DNA of 64,000 nucleotides from Azolla caroliniana (lineage: Eukaryota > Plantae > Polypodiophyta), in contig JBHGNT010000007.1 of NCBI GenBank assembly GCA_043228905.1, forward strand, positions 12,648,001 through 12,712,000, given 5' to 3'. Position numbers and translations under genes: made by a program. Under the pieces are notes generated by a model. The model saw only the letters and a list, made by a program, of their open reading frames with translations. It was not told where the DNA came from and did not search any database. Below are positions 37,023 to 50,635 of the stretch, piece by piece. The stretch's first letter is position 1. Each line of letters begins with the position of its first letter.

Positions 37023-40000
37023 CTATATAAGGAAGAGAGAAAGATGTATAGAGTTGTTGATTTTTTTTTAGAAGGATTGATTAATACAAAATATTCGTGG
37101 GATTCGCGATTTTACCATCCAATTCTCTCTTACAATCTAATTACCCATTAATACATTATACTCGTGGGATTCACGAGTTTCATATCTTCTTCTTACAATC
37201 TCTTCCTAACTAACATTATCTCACATTCTTCTTTCTCCTAGTCCAAAACCCCAGTTGTTCCCACCCAACTCACGCAAACGATATGGCGCCGAAAGGAACA
37301 ACAACGTAAATGTCCTGTGTATTTCCATTTGTACTCTCCATTTCCCATTTCAGTGTTTTTCATTCCAAGTGAAGTGTTCAAGACTCAGTTGTGGCCGAGC
37401 AATATTCTGCACCATTCTTCACAAACTGGTATCAAAGCGAACAACACAGGAAATGGAAGAATCGTTCAGCGGCATGTTCAAGCTCACCGGCTCCAACTAC
37501 TTAGTGTGGAAGTCAAAGATGAGGGACATGCTGGTGATTAAAGATCTTTGGTTGTCGGTCCAATTCCGGGACAAGAGACTAGATAAGATCGACGCCACAG
37601 TGTGGGAGGTGATGCACATGAAGATGACGACGTACATCCGGTGCTTCATCCACATGAGCATGTACAACAACTTCAATAAAGAGAGCAAGGCTCATGAACT
37701 TTAGGAGAAGATCGGCATCATGTTCCAGAACACGAATTCTGTTAATCGGGTTTCGGTATTCCGGAAGCTAGTGAGGCTCCGGTACTAGGACGGCTCCAGT
37801 ATGGCGGAGCACATGCATGCCTTCCAAGGACTAATCCACCAAGCAACCTCGTTGGAAGTACCTCTCGCTGATGAGGTACTTGCGTTGCTCCTACTCAGTT
37901 CCCTCCCGAATAGCTGGGAGACGTTAGTTGTCACATTGGGCAACGCCGGGCCGGAAGGAAAACAGTTGTCCCTAGCAAGGGTAAAATCAAGCTTGCTAGA
38001 TGAAGAAGCTCGCCGGAAGGACCAGGAGTCCAGAACCGATCTGAAGGCCTTGGTCACGAAAGATGACCACAACCGGGGAAGAGGCCGGTATCGGAGTCCC
38101 CAAAACCGAGACAAATCAGGGACGAGGTCGAAGTCAAGGGGGAGGCCCACGTGCTTCTATTGTAGGAAGCCGGAACACTTCCAGAAGAACTGTCGGCATT
38201 TTCGGAAGGAGAAAGAAACCGGCACTACCGATTCAAAGAAGTGTTCGGACCGAAACGGTTTGGACCGAAGAGGCCCGGATCGGAAGGGAACGTCATCAAT
38301 CGCAACAAGTGAAGAAGAACTGATGCTCATTACCGAAGAGAATGAGTTAAACCTTGTCGGCGACGAGACAACGTGGGTTGTCGATTCCAGAGCGTTGTTC
38401 CACCTAAGACCGGATCGGAAATGCTTCTCATCCTACACAGCCGGTGATCATGGTTGTGTCCGGATGGGGAATGAAGGTACATACCGAATTATCTGCATAG
38501 GAGATGTGTTGTTGACAACACCAACTGGATGCAAATTGTTGTTGAAGGATGTCTGACACGTTCCGGAGGTTCGACTGAACTTGATATCAACCGATCGGCT
38601 AGATGATGAAGGCTACACGGGTAGCATCCGGAATGGAGTGATGAAGTTCAGCAAAGGGAGCCTAATAGTGGCTCAAGCCCGGAAGGTCAACACACTATAC
38701 TTGATGCATGACCGGATATGCCGGGAAGAAAGGAACGTAGCATCCGACATTGCCGGTGAACTGTAGCACAAAAGACTGTGTCACATGAGTGAGAAGGGGA
38801 TGAAGAGGCTTCCCAAAGACAACCTCATTCTGGTAAAGGAAGTACAATTTGACAAGTGCACCGATTGCTTGGCTGGCAAGCAAAACCGAACCTCCTTCCG
38901 GTCAAGGCCACAAATGAGACAGAATGCACCACTCGAGCTGGTGCATACCGATGTGTGTCAAGTGGACACGAAGTCACATGCCAAAGTGCAGTACTTCGTG
39001 ACGTTCATAGATGACCACAGCCGGAAGCTGTGGGTCTCACCGTTGAAGACAAAGGATCAGGTGCTATCTATCTTCAAGGAACTCCACACGAGAGTGGAAA
39101 GAGAAACCGGCCAAAAGCTGAAGGTGGTTCGAGCAGATAACGAAGGAGAATACTAGGGGCAGTTCGAGGAGTACTGCCGGTCAAAGGGAATCCGGCTCTA
39201 ATTCACTGTGCCAAAGACACCAGAACTAAACAAGTTGGCCGAAAGGATGAACCGGACCATAATGGAGAGAGTCCAGAGCATGCTCGCACATGCCAAGTTA
39301 CCCAAGACATTTTGGGTTGAGGTGCTCACGATGGCGACCAATGTGATAAACAGATCACCCTCAGTACCCTTGGGAGGATACACACCACAAAGAGTATGGA
39401 CCGGTAAGGACGTGTCTTACCGGCACTTGAAGGTGTTCAAGTGTCTCACTTACGTGCATGTGGCGAAGGACAAGAGAGCAACGCTGGATCCGAAGTACCG
39501 GCCATGCATATTCCTTGGATATGGCGATGATGAGTTCAATTACCGGATGTGGATTTGGTCAACAAGGTGTTCCAGAGTCGGGACATAGTCTTGATGGAAG
39601 GCATGACCATTGCCGACTGGGAGTTCGAGAAGAAGGTGATGAACTCCAAATCATCCAATGAAAACTAGCTTGAGGACACAAGGACCTACCCGGTTGAAAA
39701 CCGGATGTTAGCCGGTAACCGGATGACACTCAACGAACCGGCCGAATACGAACAGGAAACCGAACCGACCGAAGAAGAAGAAGACATCGGAACAGGACAA
39801 GATCCCGAATCGGATGAGGATGAGGAACAAACGGAGGAACCAATAGTCAGAAGCCAAGGACGGAGATATCCTCTCCGAGAGAGAAGAGCCCCCCGGAGAT
39901 TTTCGGATGTAGAGCATGTGTTGCTAACCGATGAGGGGGAGCCAGAAAGCTTCGAAGAAGCAAAGAGAGACACCCACTGTCAGGAATAGTACTAAAGCAG

Positions 40001-40329
40001 AGATGGAATTAGTACTAAGAAGAGTAGTACTATTAGTACTAAGAGGACGGGACTGCGTAAGATTCCCGAGAGAGAGAAAATGAGAAGAGGAGAGAGAGAG
40101 ATAGGATGATGACAGCAGCTCTTATATTATATGAAAGATAAGTACAAATCGGCTAAGAGGCTTAAGACTGGTGTTGAACCAATTTGGTTCAACATAATGC
40201 TTAGTGCCTTCTTTTATAGTGTTCTCAGGAATAATCCTGAAGCTTCTAGAATGTTCCAGAGAAATCTGGAATATACATTATTTTCTTATAATAAAACATA
40301 AATGAAAATAATATTCTATGAATTACAAT

Positions 40330-40395
40330 AGATGGTGAGATGGTTAAGAGCTCGACCCATATACCATAAGGTCATGGGTTCGAGTCTTGCCATCT
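40330..40395 (+). promoter_or_regulatory. tRNA-like A-box/B-box cassette in J LTR, antisense to the element (also ~45557-45622 and in 22231-22424)
   Basis: AGATGGTGAGATGGTTAAG...GACC...GGTC...GGTTCGAGTC...CCATCT with pairing ends. Confidence 0.55.
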
Positions 40396-40413
40396 CATGA
40401 CACTATCTCCCCC

Positions 40414-43400
40414 TTAAAGACGACGAGTGGAACGAGTCGGCGCTGATTGCGGACCGGGTTTGTCCGGATACTTTCGGTGGAAATCAGCAAGCAAATCCTG
40501 AGCATTGGCAACATGCTCGACAGGTTCCCAAGTGCGTTCGCTCGGACTATAACCAACCCAATCGACCAAATAATAAAGTTTGTTGCGAAGAAGTTTGGAA
40601 TCGAGGATGGCAGCAACTTCATACTCCGGGCCGGTGTCCAACTCCAGCGGGGGCGGCGGTGGTGTAACACGATTGGGAATGGTGTTTGCTTTATAAGGTT
40701 CAAGAAGGGAACAATGGAAAACCGGATGTAGCTGAAGCGGCGGAGGGAGATCAAGGCGGAAGGTGACATCATTAACTTTACCCGTAATAAGGAAAGGACC
40801 GAGTCGTCGATAATCCAACTTGTCGCATGGTCGAGTAGTCTTGATGTGACGACGTAAGAGCCATACTCGATCTCCGATGGCAAAAGAGGGAAGCCGATGA
40901 CGATCCGCGTAAATCTTCTGTGTCTGTTGAGCATGACGAAGATGAGTCGAGAGATCTGTCTGGATCTTGCGTAGTCTCTCCAAATGATCCCCGGCACGAG
41001 GATTGGTAGGTAGCTCCGGGGTGTTGATCACCGACCAGCGAGGATGAGAACCGGTATACGCGTAGAATGGGGAGACTCGAGTCGAGGAGTGAACAACATT
41101 ATTATACGCAAACTCCGCAAAGTGGAGAATCTCGGCCCAATCGTCTTGTTGATAACTCAGGAAACACCGGAGATATTGCTCCAACGTTTGGTTTGTTCGT
41201 TCTGCCTGCCCATCAGTCTGAGGATGGTAGCCGGAGGAAAGGTTGCAAGAGACCTTGAGCATCTTGAAGAGATGCTGCCAAAATTTGGAGACAAATTGCG
41301 GTCCTCGGTCACTAATGATACTGTCTGGGAGGCCATGATGCCGAAATACCTCACGCATGACTAGGACGGCGGTTTCCTCGCTAGTGATGGCCTTAGTACA
41401 TGGAACAAAATGTGCCATCTTCGTATATCGATCGACGACGGTTAAGATAGCATCGAACCCCTGCGAGACCGGCAGATCTGTGATAAAATCAAGACAAATA
41501 GATTGCCACGGCTTACTTGGAATCGGTAAGGGTTCCAACAAGCCATATGGATGGTGTCGTGGCATCTTTGCTCGGCAGCAAGCATCACAGGTCCGAACGT
41601 AGTCATCGATAAAACGGCGCATGTGGGGCCACCAAAAAGATCGTTGCACTAGCTCCAACGTCTTAGTACTACCGAAATGTCCCGCCGTATGGGTGTCGTG
41701 ACAATGCTGGACGATGTGAAGGCGACAGGAGCAATCGGGGACATATACGCGCTTTTTAAAGAATAACAAACCATCATGATATTCGAATTGTCGGTAGTCA
41801 ATACCTGGTTGTTGAGACTGAGAACAGGATGCCCGAGAAGTATTAATGTGCGCCAAGATGTTTTGAGCAAAACTATCCGTCTTCAAGTTTGCACGTATGT
41901 CGTCGGTAATCCGTGAATCCATCGGGGTGTGAAAAATCCGCGTCGTGTGCAATCATGCTGGTCCCAAGATTACTTGCTTTTGATTATCAAATGTTGGATC
42001 ACCAGGACGAGGTGCAAGATATGAACGCCGTGACAGTGCATCTGCTTTTCCTTGCTGCTTCCCCGGTCGATATGTGATTTTGAAGTCGAAACGCGTGAGG
42101 AATTGCGCCCACCGAGCTTGCCGTCGATTTAGTACGCGAGCATTCTGGAAATAAGCAAGATTTTTATGATCACTAAAGACAACGACCTGATGTGGAGAGC
42201 CCTCTAAGAAATGCCGCCATTGCACAAATGAATCCACGATGGCTAATAACTCCTTGTCATGTATTTCGTAGTTGATTTCCGCAACATCGAATTTGCGCGA
42301 ATGGAAAGCCACCAGATGCAACTCTTCTTTATCTCCTTGTTGAGAAAGGATGCTACCGAGGGCGAAATTGGAAGCATCGGCCTCCATGATGAATGGTTTG
42401 CTAGTATCCACATGAGCTAGAATCGGTGCTGATGTAAAGGCTTTCTTAAGATGCCGAAAAGCCATATCTGCTTCAATGGACCAAAGAAATGCTTGGCCCT
42501 TCTTCGTAAGTTGTGTGAGGGGTAAGATAATCTTCGAGTAATCCTGTATAAACTTACGGTAGTAGTTAGCAAAACCTAGAAAACATTGTACATCTCGTAC
42601 CGACCGTGGAATTTGCCACTCTAGTACAGTTTGGACTTTAGCTGGATCCATGGCGATGCCCTTTGAGGAGATGACGTAGCCTAGAAATTCCACGTGCTTG
42701 CAGTCAAAGCTACATTTTTCTAGCTTGGCATAAAGACCATTCTCGCGGAGTCGCTTTAGTACTAATAGTACATGAGAATCGTGCTCTTCCTGGGTCGTCG
42801 AATAAATCAACAGATCATCCAGATAAATGATCAAACAGATATCTAAGAGGTCTCTGAATATATCATTTGCCATGTGTTGGAAGACTGCGGGTGCATTGGT
42901 TAGGCCAAATGTCATAACAGTATACTCGAAATGCCCATACCGCGTGCGAAAAGCAGTCTTCCACTCATCTCCCGGTTGGATCCGCACGAGATTATACGCT
43001 CCTCGTAGGTCGATTTTAGTAAAAAACTTGGCACCATTAACTCGCTCTAAAAGACTTGATATAAGAGGAAGTGCATACCTATTCCGGATGGTGACTTTAT
43101 TCAATCCGCGGTAATCAACGACAAGACGAAGTGAGCCATCTTTCTTCTTGACAAAGAAGATGGGTGCACCGGCCGGAGATTTCGAATGACGGATGAACCC
43201 GCTTGCCAAGTTCTCCTCTATGTAGGCTCGAAGGACTTCTAACTCGGTGGGTGACAAGTTGTAAATTGGTCCCCATGGTGGCTCGGTTCCTGGTTGTAAA
43301 TCGATGGGACAGTCATAGGGACGGTGATGAGGAAGGGTACCGGCTTTTACCTTGTCAAATACATCGGCATAAGGATGATATTTTGCCGGAAGTTGTACTG

Positions 43401-43983
43401 AGGAGTCCTTCTTAATAGTGCTGGAAGGATGTACTGATATGGCAAATAGGAACATTGCCTCCTTGGGTCCTTCTTCACGTAGTTGATGGAGTGAAATGGT
43501 CGAAACTCGGTGAGTTGATTCTTGGGGTGGTCGATATCGGACTTCTCTTGTTCTCCAATCTATGGCTGGATTATGTAATTCAAGCCAAGGTAATCCTAGG
43601 ACAATGGGATGCTCTGAACTACTAATTATATTAAATGATATTATACACACAAAACTACCTAGGACAAGTTGAATGGGTTCTGATTCTTCTACAATATTCC
43701 CGGAAGCAATGGGACGACCATCAATGACCACTACAGATGCGGGACAAGGAAGTTTTCTTAAGGATATCTGAGAAGCTTGGGCAAAATTTCGATCCATGAA
43801 ACAGGAATTAGCTCCGGAATCTAAAAGTGCTAGGACGGGTACTGGGGGACTACTTTTAGTACTAACAATGACTTGGGCTAGGAACACATTGCTAACTTGC
43901 TTGGAAGGAATGGAACCACTAATGGGCTGTACAGATCTAGGGCTGCTGTCCAACCAAATGGCTCCTATTTTGGCTGGACTCAA
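40414..43983 (-). pseudogene. pol: pol of J (PR-RT-RH-INT-chromodomain) with one in-frame stop at 41953-41955
   Basis: LLDSGAN, YLDD, EADASNF, HPQTDGQAER, EYEVAAILDSK...TWEP; ORFs 41953-43983 and 40414-41952 are in frame, separated by one TGA (likely CGA>TGA). Confidence 0.93.
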
Positions 43984-45137
43984 TCGTTTAACTCTTCATC
44001 TAATTGACTAAGGATTTCAAATTTATTTGAGATACTTGGGCTATTAGTACTATGAATACTATCTGACACTCTATTAGTACTATTAATACTATCAGACACT
44101 CCGAAGGGAAGAATTGACTCGGGTTTAGTACAGGCGACGATTTGATTTACCTGTCTTCTTGGCCTATGGGGACAATTGATGGCGATATGTCCTGGTCCAC
44201 CGCAATAAAGACATAATCGATTGGCACGTCGTCGTTGCTTTTCTTCTTCCGATAACGGGCCGCGTCGACGCATGGTATCGATCTCCATCGGTGTCGAAGT
44301 ATTTGCTTGAGGTATGTCTCGTGCAAATGGTTTAGCTGCGACTGCGGCGTAAGTGGGCTCTGGTCCAGAGCGTGGTATCTGTAATTGACGTTCTGAACGC
44401 CGTTCGAACAGGCGGTTGTCACATCGAACTGCTCGACTGATTGCCTCCGTAAGAGACTTTGGTTCTTCGGGGAAAGTGAGAAGTAGATCTTTGACATCGT
44501 TTCGCAAGCCATAGCGAAACTGCTCCATTAGTGCTTGATCATCCCAGGGTATATCTGAAGCAAGTAGGCGGAAATCCGCCGCGTTGGCAGAGGCTGGACG
44601 ATCGCCTTGACACAATCGCCGGATCTTGTTGATCGCCGTCCTGATGCTGTCGGTGTCTCCAAAGCAGGCTTTAAACTCACCAATAAAATCTTCAAAGTTA
44701 TTAAGCAAGGGGGATTGTTTTTCTAGAAGCGGAGCGAACCATGCCAAGGCTGAGCCGCTAAGTAGCGTGCCTATTAGGCCGACTCGAGATGCATCAGTGG
44801 GATATCGGGAAGGATGCATCTGGATGACTAAGCGTACCTGATTAAGGAATCCCCGGAATTGCGAACGCGTTCCATCAAATTTCACAGGAAGTCCAATCTT
44901 GGGCTCTTTATGAAATCCTTGGGGACTGGATCCTTGTTGTTGCAACGCTGCTTCGAGTTGTTGTACCCGTAACGCTAACTCCCCATGTTGTTGTTGCGTT
45001 TGTTGTTTTTTGAGAGCGATTTGTTGCAGATCCCCTATCAGCCGTTGGTTTTCTTGTTCCAGGGCCACAAACTTTTCTTTTAGGCACTGTAGCTCGGAGA
45101 AAACAGATTGGTATTCTTGGGCGCTAACAGTAGCCAT
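43980..45137 (-). CDS. gag: Gag of J (coiled coil, capsid, CLYCGGPGHIAINC zinc knuckle)
   Basis: Open 385-aa ORF, PVKFDG and TPMEID motifs; ends at G TTA AAC, a candidate -1 slippery site into pol. Confidence 0.93.
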   Translation of the reverse strand: MATVSAQEYQSVFSELQCLKEKFVALEQENQRLIGDLQQIALKKQQTQQQHGELALRVQQLEAALQQQGSSPQGFHKEPKIGLPVKFDGTRSQFRGFLNQVRLVIQMHPSRYPTDASRVGLIGTLLSGSALAWFAPLLEKQSPLLNNFEDFIGEFKACFGDTDSIRTAINKIRRLCQGDRPASANAADFRLLASDIPWDDQALMEQFRYGLRNDVKDLLLTFPEEPKSLTEAISRAVRCDNRLFERRSERQLQIPRSGPEPTYAAVAAKPFARDIPQANTSTPMEIDTMRRRGPLSEEEKQRRRANRLCLYCGGPGHIAINCPHRPRRQVNQIVACTKPESILPFGVSDSINSTNRVSDSIHSTNSPSISNKFEILSQLDEELND

Positions 45138-45190
45138 AGTATAGGGAAAAGGGTAGGAGGATGAGGGAGAGTGACAAGTAGGCTAGAGGA

Positions 45191-45202
45191 AAATTGGTTC
45201 AA
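45191..45202 (-). promoter_or_regulatory. Self-priming PBS of J
   Basis: Minus-strand TTGAACCAATTT, complementary to AAATTGGTTCAA at 45412-45401, ~30 nt downstream of the LTR TATA. Confidence 0.8.
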
Positions 45203-48200
45203 ACTGTCAGGAATAGTACTAAAGCAGAGATGGAATTAGTACTAAGAAGAGTAGTACTATTAGTACTAAGAGGACGGGACTGCGTAAGATTCCCGAGAGA
45301 GAGAAAATGAGAAGAGGAGAGAGAGAGATAGGATGATGACAGCAGCTCTTATATTATATGAAAGATAAGTACAAATCGGCTAAGAGGCTTAAGACTGGTG
45401 TTGAACCAATTTGGTTCAACATAATGCTTAGTGCCTTCTTTTATAGTGTTCTCAGGAATAATCCTGAAGCTTCTAGAATGTTCCAGAGAAATCTGGAATA
45501 TACATTATTTTCTTATAATAAAACATAAATGAAAATAATATTCTATGAATTACAATAGATGGTGAGATGGTTAAGAGCTCGACCCATATACCATAAGGTC
45601 ATGGGTTCTAGTCTTGCCATCTCATGACACCCACAGCCGCAAGACGAGATGGATTCCCTGCATGAGAACCACACATACGAACTGACAGAGTTGTCGAAAG
45701 GTAAGAGAGAACTCCGGAACAAGTGGGTGTACAAGCTGAAACCGCGAGATGCCAGAAATCCACCAAGGTATAAGGCCCGAATTGTGGTGAAAGGCTTCCA
45801 GCAGAAGAAATGAGTGGACTTCGATGAGATCTTTGCCTAGGTAGTAAAGATGACATCCACCCGAACGGTATTGGGCATAGTGGCAAGCATGGACCTCGAG
45901 GTAGAGCAACTGGATGTGAAGACGGCATTCCTCCATGGTGACCTCGAAGAAGAGATTTACATGCATCAACCAGAAGGATTTGAGAAGAAAGGGAAGGAGC
46001 ACTTGGTGCCGGCTGCAGAAGAGCCTATACGGACTAAAGCAAGCTCCCCAGCAATGGTACCAAAAGTTCAACTCCTTCATGACCGACCAAGGGTACCACA
46101 AGACGCAGGCCGATCACTACGTATTTGTGAAGAAGTTTGATGGAGGAGATTTCCTGATAATCCTCCTATATGTGGATGATATGTTAATCATCGGACGAGA
46201 CCAATTCAAGATTCGGATGCTGAAGAAGGCTTGGAACCGGACCTTCTCAATGAAAGAATTGGGGCCAGCAAGACAAATATTGGGAGTGCACATCATCCGG
46301 AACCAGACGAACAAGTTGTTGTGGTTGTCACCGGAGAAGTACGTGACAAAGGTGCTTCAATGGTTGAACATGTCGGAGGCGAAACCGGTCGGATCGACAC
46401 TTCCGGCAAATTGGAAACTATCCGGAAAACAAAGGCCGAGGACAAAGGCGTAGAAGATAGATATGATGAAGATACCATATACCTCTGTCGTCGGAAGCTT
46501 GATGTACGCGATGGTATGTACCCGACCGGATATCGGATATGCAGTCAGAGTGGTAAGCCGGTTCATGAGCAATCCCGGAAGAGAGCACTGGAACACGGTC
46601 AAGTGGATACTTCAGTATTTGAAAGGCACCTCGAGTATGTGCCTCTGGTTCGACTCTGGTAATCCCCAACTTGACGGATTCACGGATTCGGATATGTAGG
46701 TTGATGTGGATACCAGCTGGTCTACATCTGGATATGTCATGACTTACGCAAGGGGAGCTGTTTCGTGGCAATCGAGGCTGCAGAAGATGGTTGTGTTGTC
46801 AACCGTGGAGGCGGAGTACATGGCAATTGTAGAAGCCGACAATGAGATAATCTAGATGACACACAAGCAAATAAGCACAAACGATGATAACATATAAGAC
46901 ATGTAGATTTGAACAAACAAGTAAGCACAAATGATGGTAACAAATAAGCACAATCAAGATTTACACATAAGACAAGTAGATGAAAGAAAACATTAGTTTA
47001 TATCAATATAATAGATTCTTTTATAATATAAGAATCATGTTACAATGGTTTGGATGCGAATATGAAGGATTGTTTATAAATGAATGGGGGAAAAGAGGTG
47101 GAGGAAAGAAGAGAGTGGACTATAGAAGGAGTTTCTTTGTTAATGATACCTCTCGATGTTGTTGATCCTTCTTCTTCCACTTTCTAATTGATTAGATCTT
47201 CCGCTTTCCTTCTCCCTTCCCCCCTTCTTCATTAGAATAGGCTCTTAAATATAGGTTTAGGATTGCTTGCCTTTTTCCCCTAAAAAAAAGCTTGTCTATA
47301 TGAGTCGACTTTTCTTTTCCTCACTTTTTCTGTTTCCTAGCCCCAAATTTCACATGCAAGATAGTCTAGGAAAGCTCTTTGGGTTAGCTTTCTTATGCAT
47401 CTTTTCTTTTCTAATTTGGACATCTGACGAGGAAATTATGAGCTTGTTTCTCTACTGTGCTCCTCATATCCACGCGTGCTTTTTTTTTCTCTCCATCTTT
47501 TTCTCTACTTTTGTCTACTTTTGAAAACCGCCTCTAACTTAATATTCATCATTATTTATTGCAAGGTTCAATCCTTTGACCATTTATTTATAAGGAATTA
47601 TCTTTGGAAAATGAAAAAGTATTTTTTCTACCAATAAAGTTGACTTCACAATACTAGTTTATTTGAACTACTGTTTTACTTCTTTTCGAGGGTGGTTTCA
47701 CAGTATGTGTTAGAAACATCACAATATCCACCCCCAGCAAACCTGCACATCCTCCGGTATGTGCCAATGATTGTTAGCTGCTATTGCTTATTCTTTTTGA
47801 ACCTCGAAGTCTACAGGTTCGATTTGAGGACTTGTGGTCTCTCTTCTCTTAAAGATCTTGATTCTCTTCCTTGCAATCGACAAAGCAAGTCGAGTTCCAT
47901 CTAACTCCGCTAGAAAATAGGTTGCATTGTTTTCAATTTCCTTAACCACGTATGGGCCAAACCATCGTTTCACGAACTTTTTAATAGTGCTATGCTGATT
48001 ATCAAGCCTGTTATCATAGACAAGTACCCAATCTCCTTCTTCAATTTTTCTTAGACAAAGACGATGCTTTTTATCAAAATTCTCCTTGTTCTTCAATCGA
48101 GCCTCACATAACCGTTCTATTGCTAACTCAACATCTTTGGGTCTCCGTTCTAATTGTTGGATCCTTGTAGCTAGCAAGTCTTCTCGACTCATCTCCTCTT

Positions 48201-50589
48201 GCCATGGCAAAGCTATCCATGAGGTAACACTTTTCTCGATAGGCATTATTGGTTTTTGCCCTAATATGAGCTCGACTGGCATATATCATGTAGTCGTGCT
48301 ATGTGTAGTTCTATCGGCCCACAATGCATATGGTAATAATCGCAAGCCTTTGCTAGGGCTTTTACAATCGGGCTATGTCCCCGCTCCACCTTTCCATTTG
48401 CCTCCGGGTTGTATGCCATAGTAAGTGATAATTTGACGCCTATCCTTGAGAAAAACTCTTTAGCTTCATTTGCATCAAATTCTCCTCTATCAGCTACTAT
48501 TTTGCTGACACATCGTATCGACAAATAGCATCTTCAAGGAGAAACTTGCAAACTGCCAAAGTAGTTTTATTCCTTAGTGCTCGACATTCTACTTGGTTGG
48601 TGAGATCCTCTCTTGCTAGCACGAGGTATCTCATTTTCCACAATACCATTGGCATAACCACAATGTCTACCAACCACTTATAGTACATTGATAATGGATA
48701 TGTCGGATGAAGTTCATCCCTATGTCGAACATTCAAGTATAATTGGCATTGCGCACATGTTTCAACATAGCTTGCTACATCTTTGTAAACACCCGGCCAC
48801 CAATATTTCTCCTTGAGCTTTGCAAAAGTTGCCCATATACCTCGATGACCTACCCACACACTATCATGAAATTCAGCAATTAGTGTTTGTTGATCTTGTT
48901 TCTTGCACACCACTCAAAGTGGAGTTCCATTCTTCCTCTTTGGAAACTTCCATAGATGTCCTTGTTTGAGGAAGAACTTGTAGGCCTTCTTCCTAATTCG
49001 GTAGAAGTCTTCCTTTGACCATGATTCATCCATTGTAAGAGATCTTAAATACTTGCCAATTTCGATGAATTCACCCTCATAATCTTCTACTTTAAACACC
49101 TCTAGCACCCGATCACAAGAAACAGTAAAGAAGTTTAGGCCAACATCCTCTTCATCGGAGCGCACATCTTCTTCACCCTCGTACCTTGCCCTTGACAACA
49201 TATCGGCCACCACATTATGTTTCCTAGTTATATGTCGAATCTCGGGGTTGAGCGACTTGATATAGGCAATCCATCGTAACATAGCAATATCCGGCGTCAC
49301 ACAACCAGATATCATCCTGAGAATAGGTAGACAATCGGTTTTGATTATTACTTCCATTCCAATAAGGTAGTCGCGATCGGTTTTAACCGCAATACTATCC
49401 CCCATAACTCTCTCTTTACTTGGGCGTACTTTCTTTGTCTTTCTGTCAACACCTTTGCACCAAATCGGATTGCATACCGATTTTTGTTTTTCTCTTCTTG
49501 GTTAATCACCCATCCAATTCCGGTTGGGCTCGTATCCACTGTCACATATATCGGGGTACCTTCGGTGTAGTCGGCTTTGCGCAATGCTGGAGCTTCCAAT
49601 AATAGTTTCTTCAACTTTTGAACCGCGTAGGTATGCTCATCTTCCCATTCAAACTTCTTCCTTTTCTTTAGTAGTCCATACAATGGTTCAGTGACATGGG
49701 CATAGTGTGGAATCCATATGTCATAGAATGCACATGCTCCCAAGAATCTTCTCACCTCTATTTGGGACTCACACTCCTCTTTCATCTCTTGGATAGCATT
49801 CACCTTGAATGGAGATGGCTTCCGGCCATAAGATCCACATAAGTCTCCTACTACCAATATTTCTGGTTGACCGAATGTGGACTTCTCTCCCGAAAATGTG
49901 AGATTTGCATCCTCAAGCTTTTGCAACACCTTCTCGCTATCCTTTATATGATCGATGACGAATCATCGGAAACCATCTTCGTGTTTTGATTCATCTTTTT
50001 CTTCCACCGAGCATCCTTTGATCAGAATGTCATCTAAGAAAGGCATTGTGATATCAAGAATACAATCCTTTCACACTTTATTCATGGTTTTCACCATGTG
50101 GGCTACGGAGTTTGTCGCACCTTGGGGTAAGGTGCACATCCTTACCAACCCGATCAGTGTCCTCATTGTTGTAATCTCTCTACTATCGACTGCCAATTGA
50201 AATTGATCATAGCTGTTGGCCGGTCAGAGAAGGCAAATGGGAAAGCAAGGTCGGATCGGATAAATATAGAAATAGGAATAGAATTATTAGGAGGGACGGA
50301 TCCGGTAGTTGTAACCGATCCGGATCCGAACCGATTCGGTTTCGGTTAACGGTTGCTTATCGAGCACCGATTGTAATCTGGCCGGATGCCTATAAAAGGA
50401 TCCGATGTTTTGTAATAAAGGGCGAAGAATTAATATAGTTTTGCTTATGCTGATTAATCTTGTCTTCGTCTGTGCTTAAGTGTAATTATCATACGCATGT
50501 ATTAACATCCTATCCCTACCACCCCTTTGGAGAAGTGTCGGATAGACACCTGTGTTGCGGCTAGTCCAGCCATACATACAACACTATTT

Positions 50590-50600
50590 TGGCGACCACG
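50590..50600 (+). promoter_or_regulatory. PBS of K (tRNA-Arg, probably UCG isoacceptor)
   Basis: TGGCGACCACG 6 nt after the LTR CA; complements a ...GTGGTCG-CCA tRNA end (recalled). Confidence 0.7.
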
Positions 50601-50635
50601 ATTCCTGCAGAGTGCAGAGGACAACCGGGGGATGG

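Larger units (their letters stand above)
27163..37303 (+). mobile_element. Ty3/gypsy element D, tRNA-Trp primed (5' LTR 27163-27818, PBS 27823-27839, PPT 33399-33410, 3' LTR 33411-37303 split by E)
   Basis: PBS TGGTGAACCCGACGTGA complements the recalled plant tRNA-Trp 3' end; 4-bp TSD ACAT/ACGT; possibly Phygy/Ylt1-related (inference). Confidence 0.92.
39978..45629 (-). mobile_element. Young Tcn1-like chromovirus J (LTRs 45205-45629 and 39978-40402)
   Basis: 425-bp LTRs with 1 difference seen; TSD CCCAC; PPT AAGGGGGAGATAG; chromodomain-bearing integrase. Confidence 0.96.
26735..46856 (+). mobile_element. Copia element H (5' LTR 26735-27162 + 37304-37423, Met PBS 37427-37438, degenerate gag-pol 37453-46856), hosting D/E and J, cut by G
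   Basis: Same family as C1/E; frames resume across D (ACGT site) and J (CCCAC site). Confidence 0.9.
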
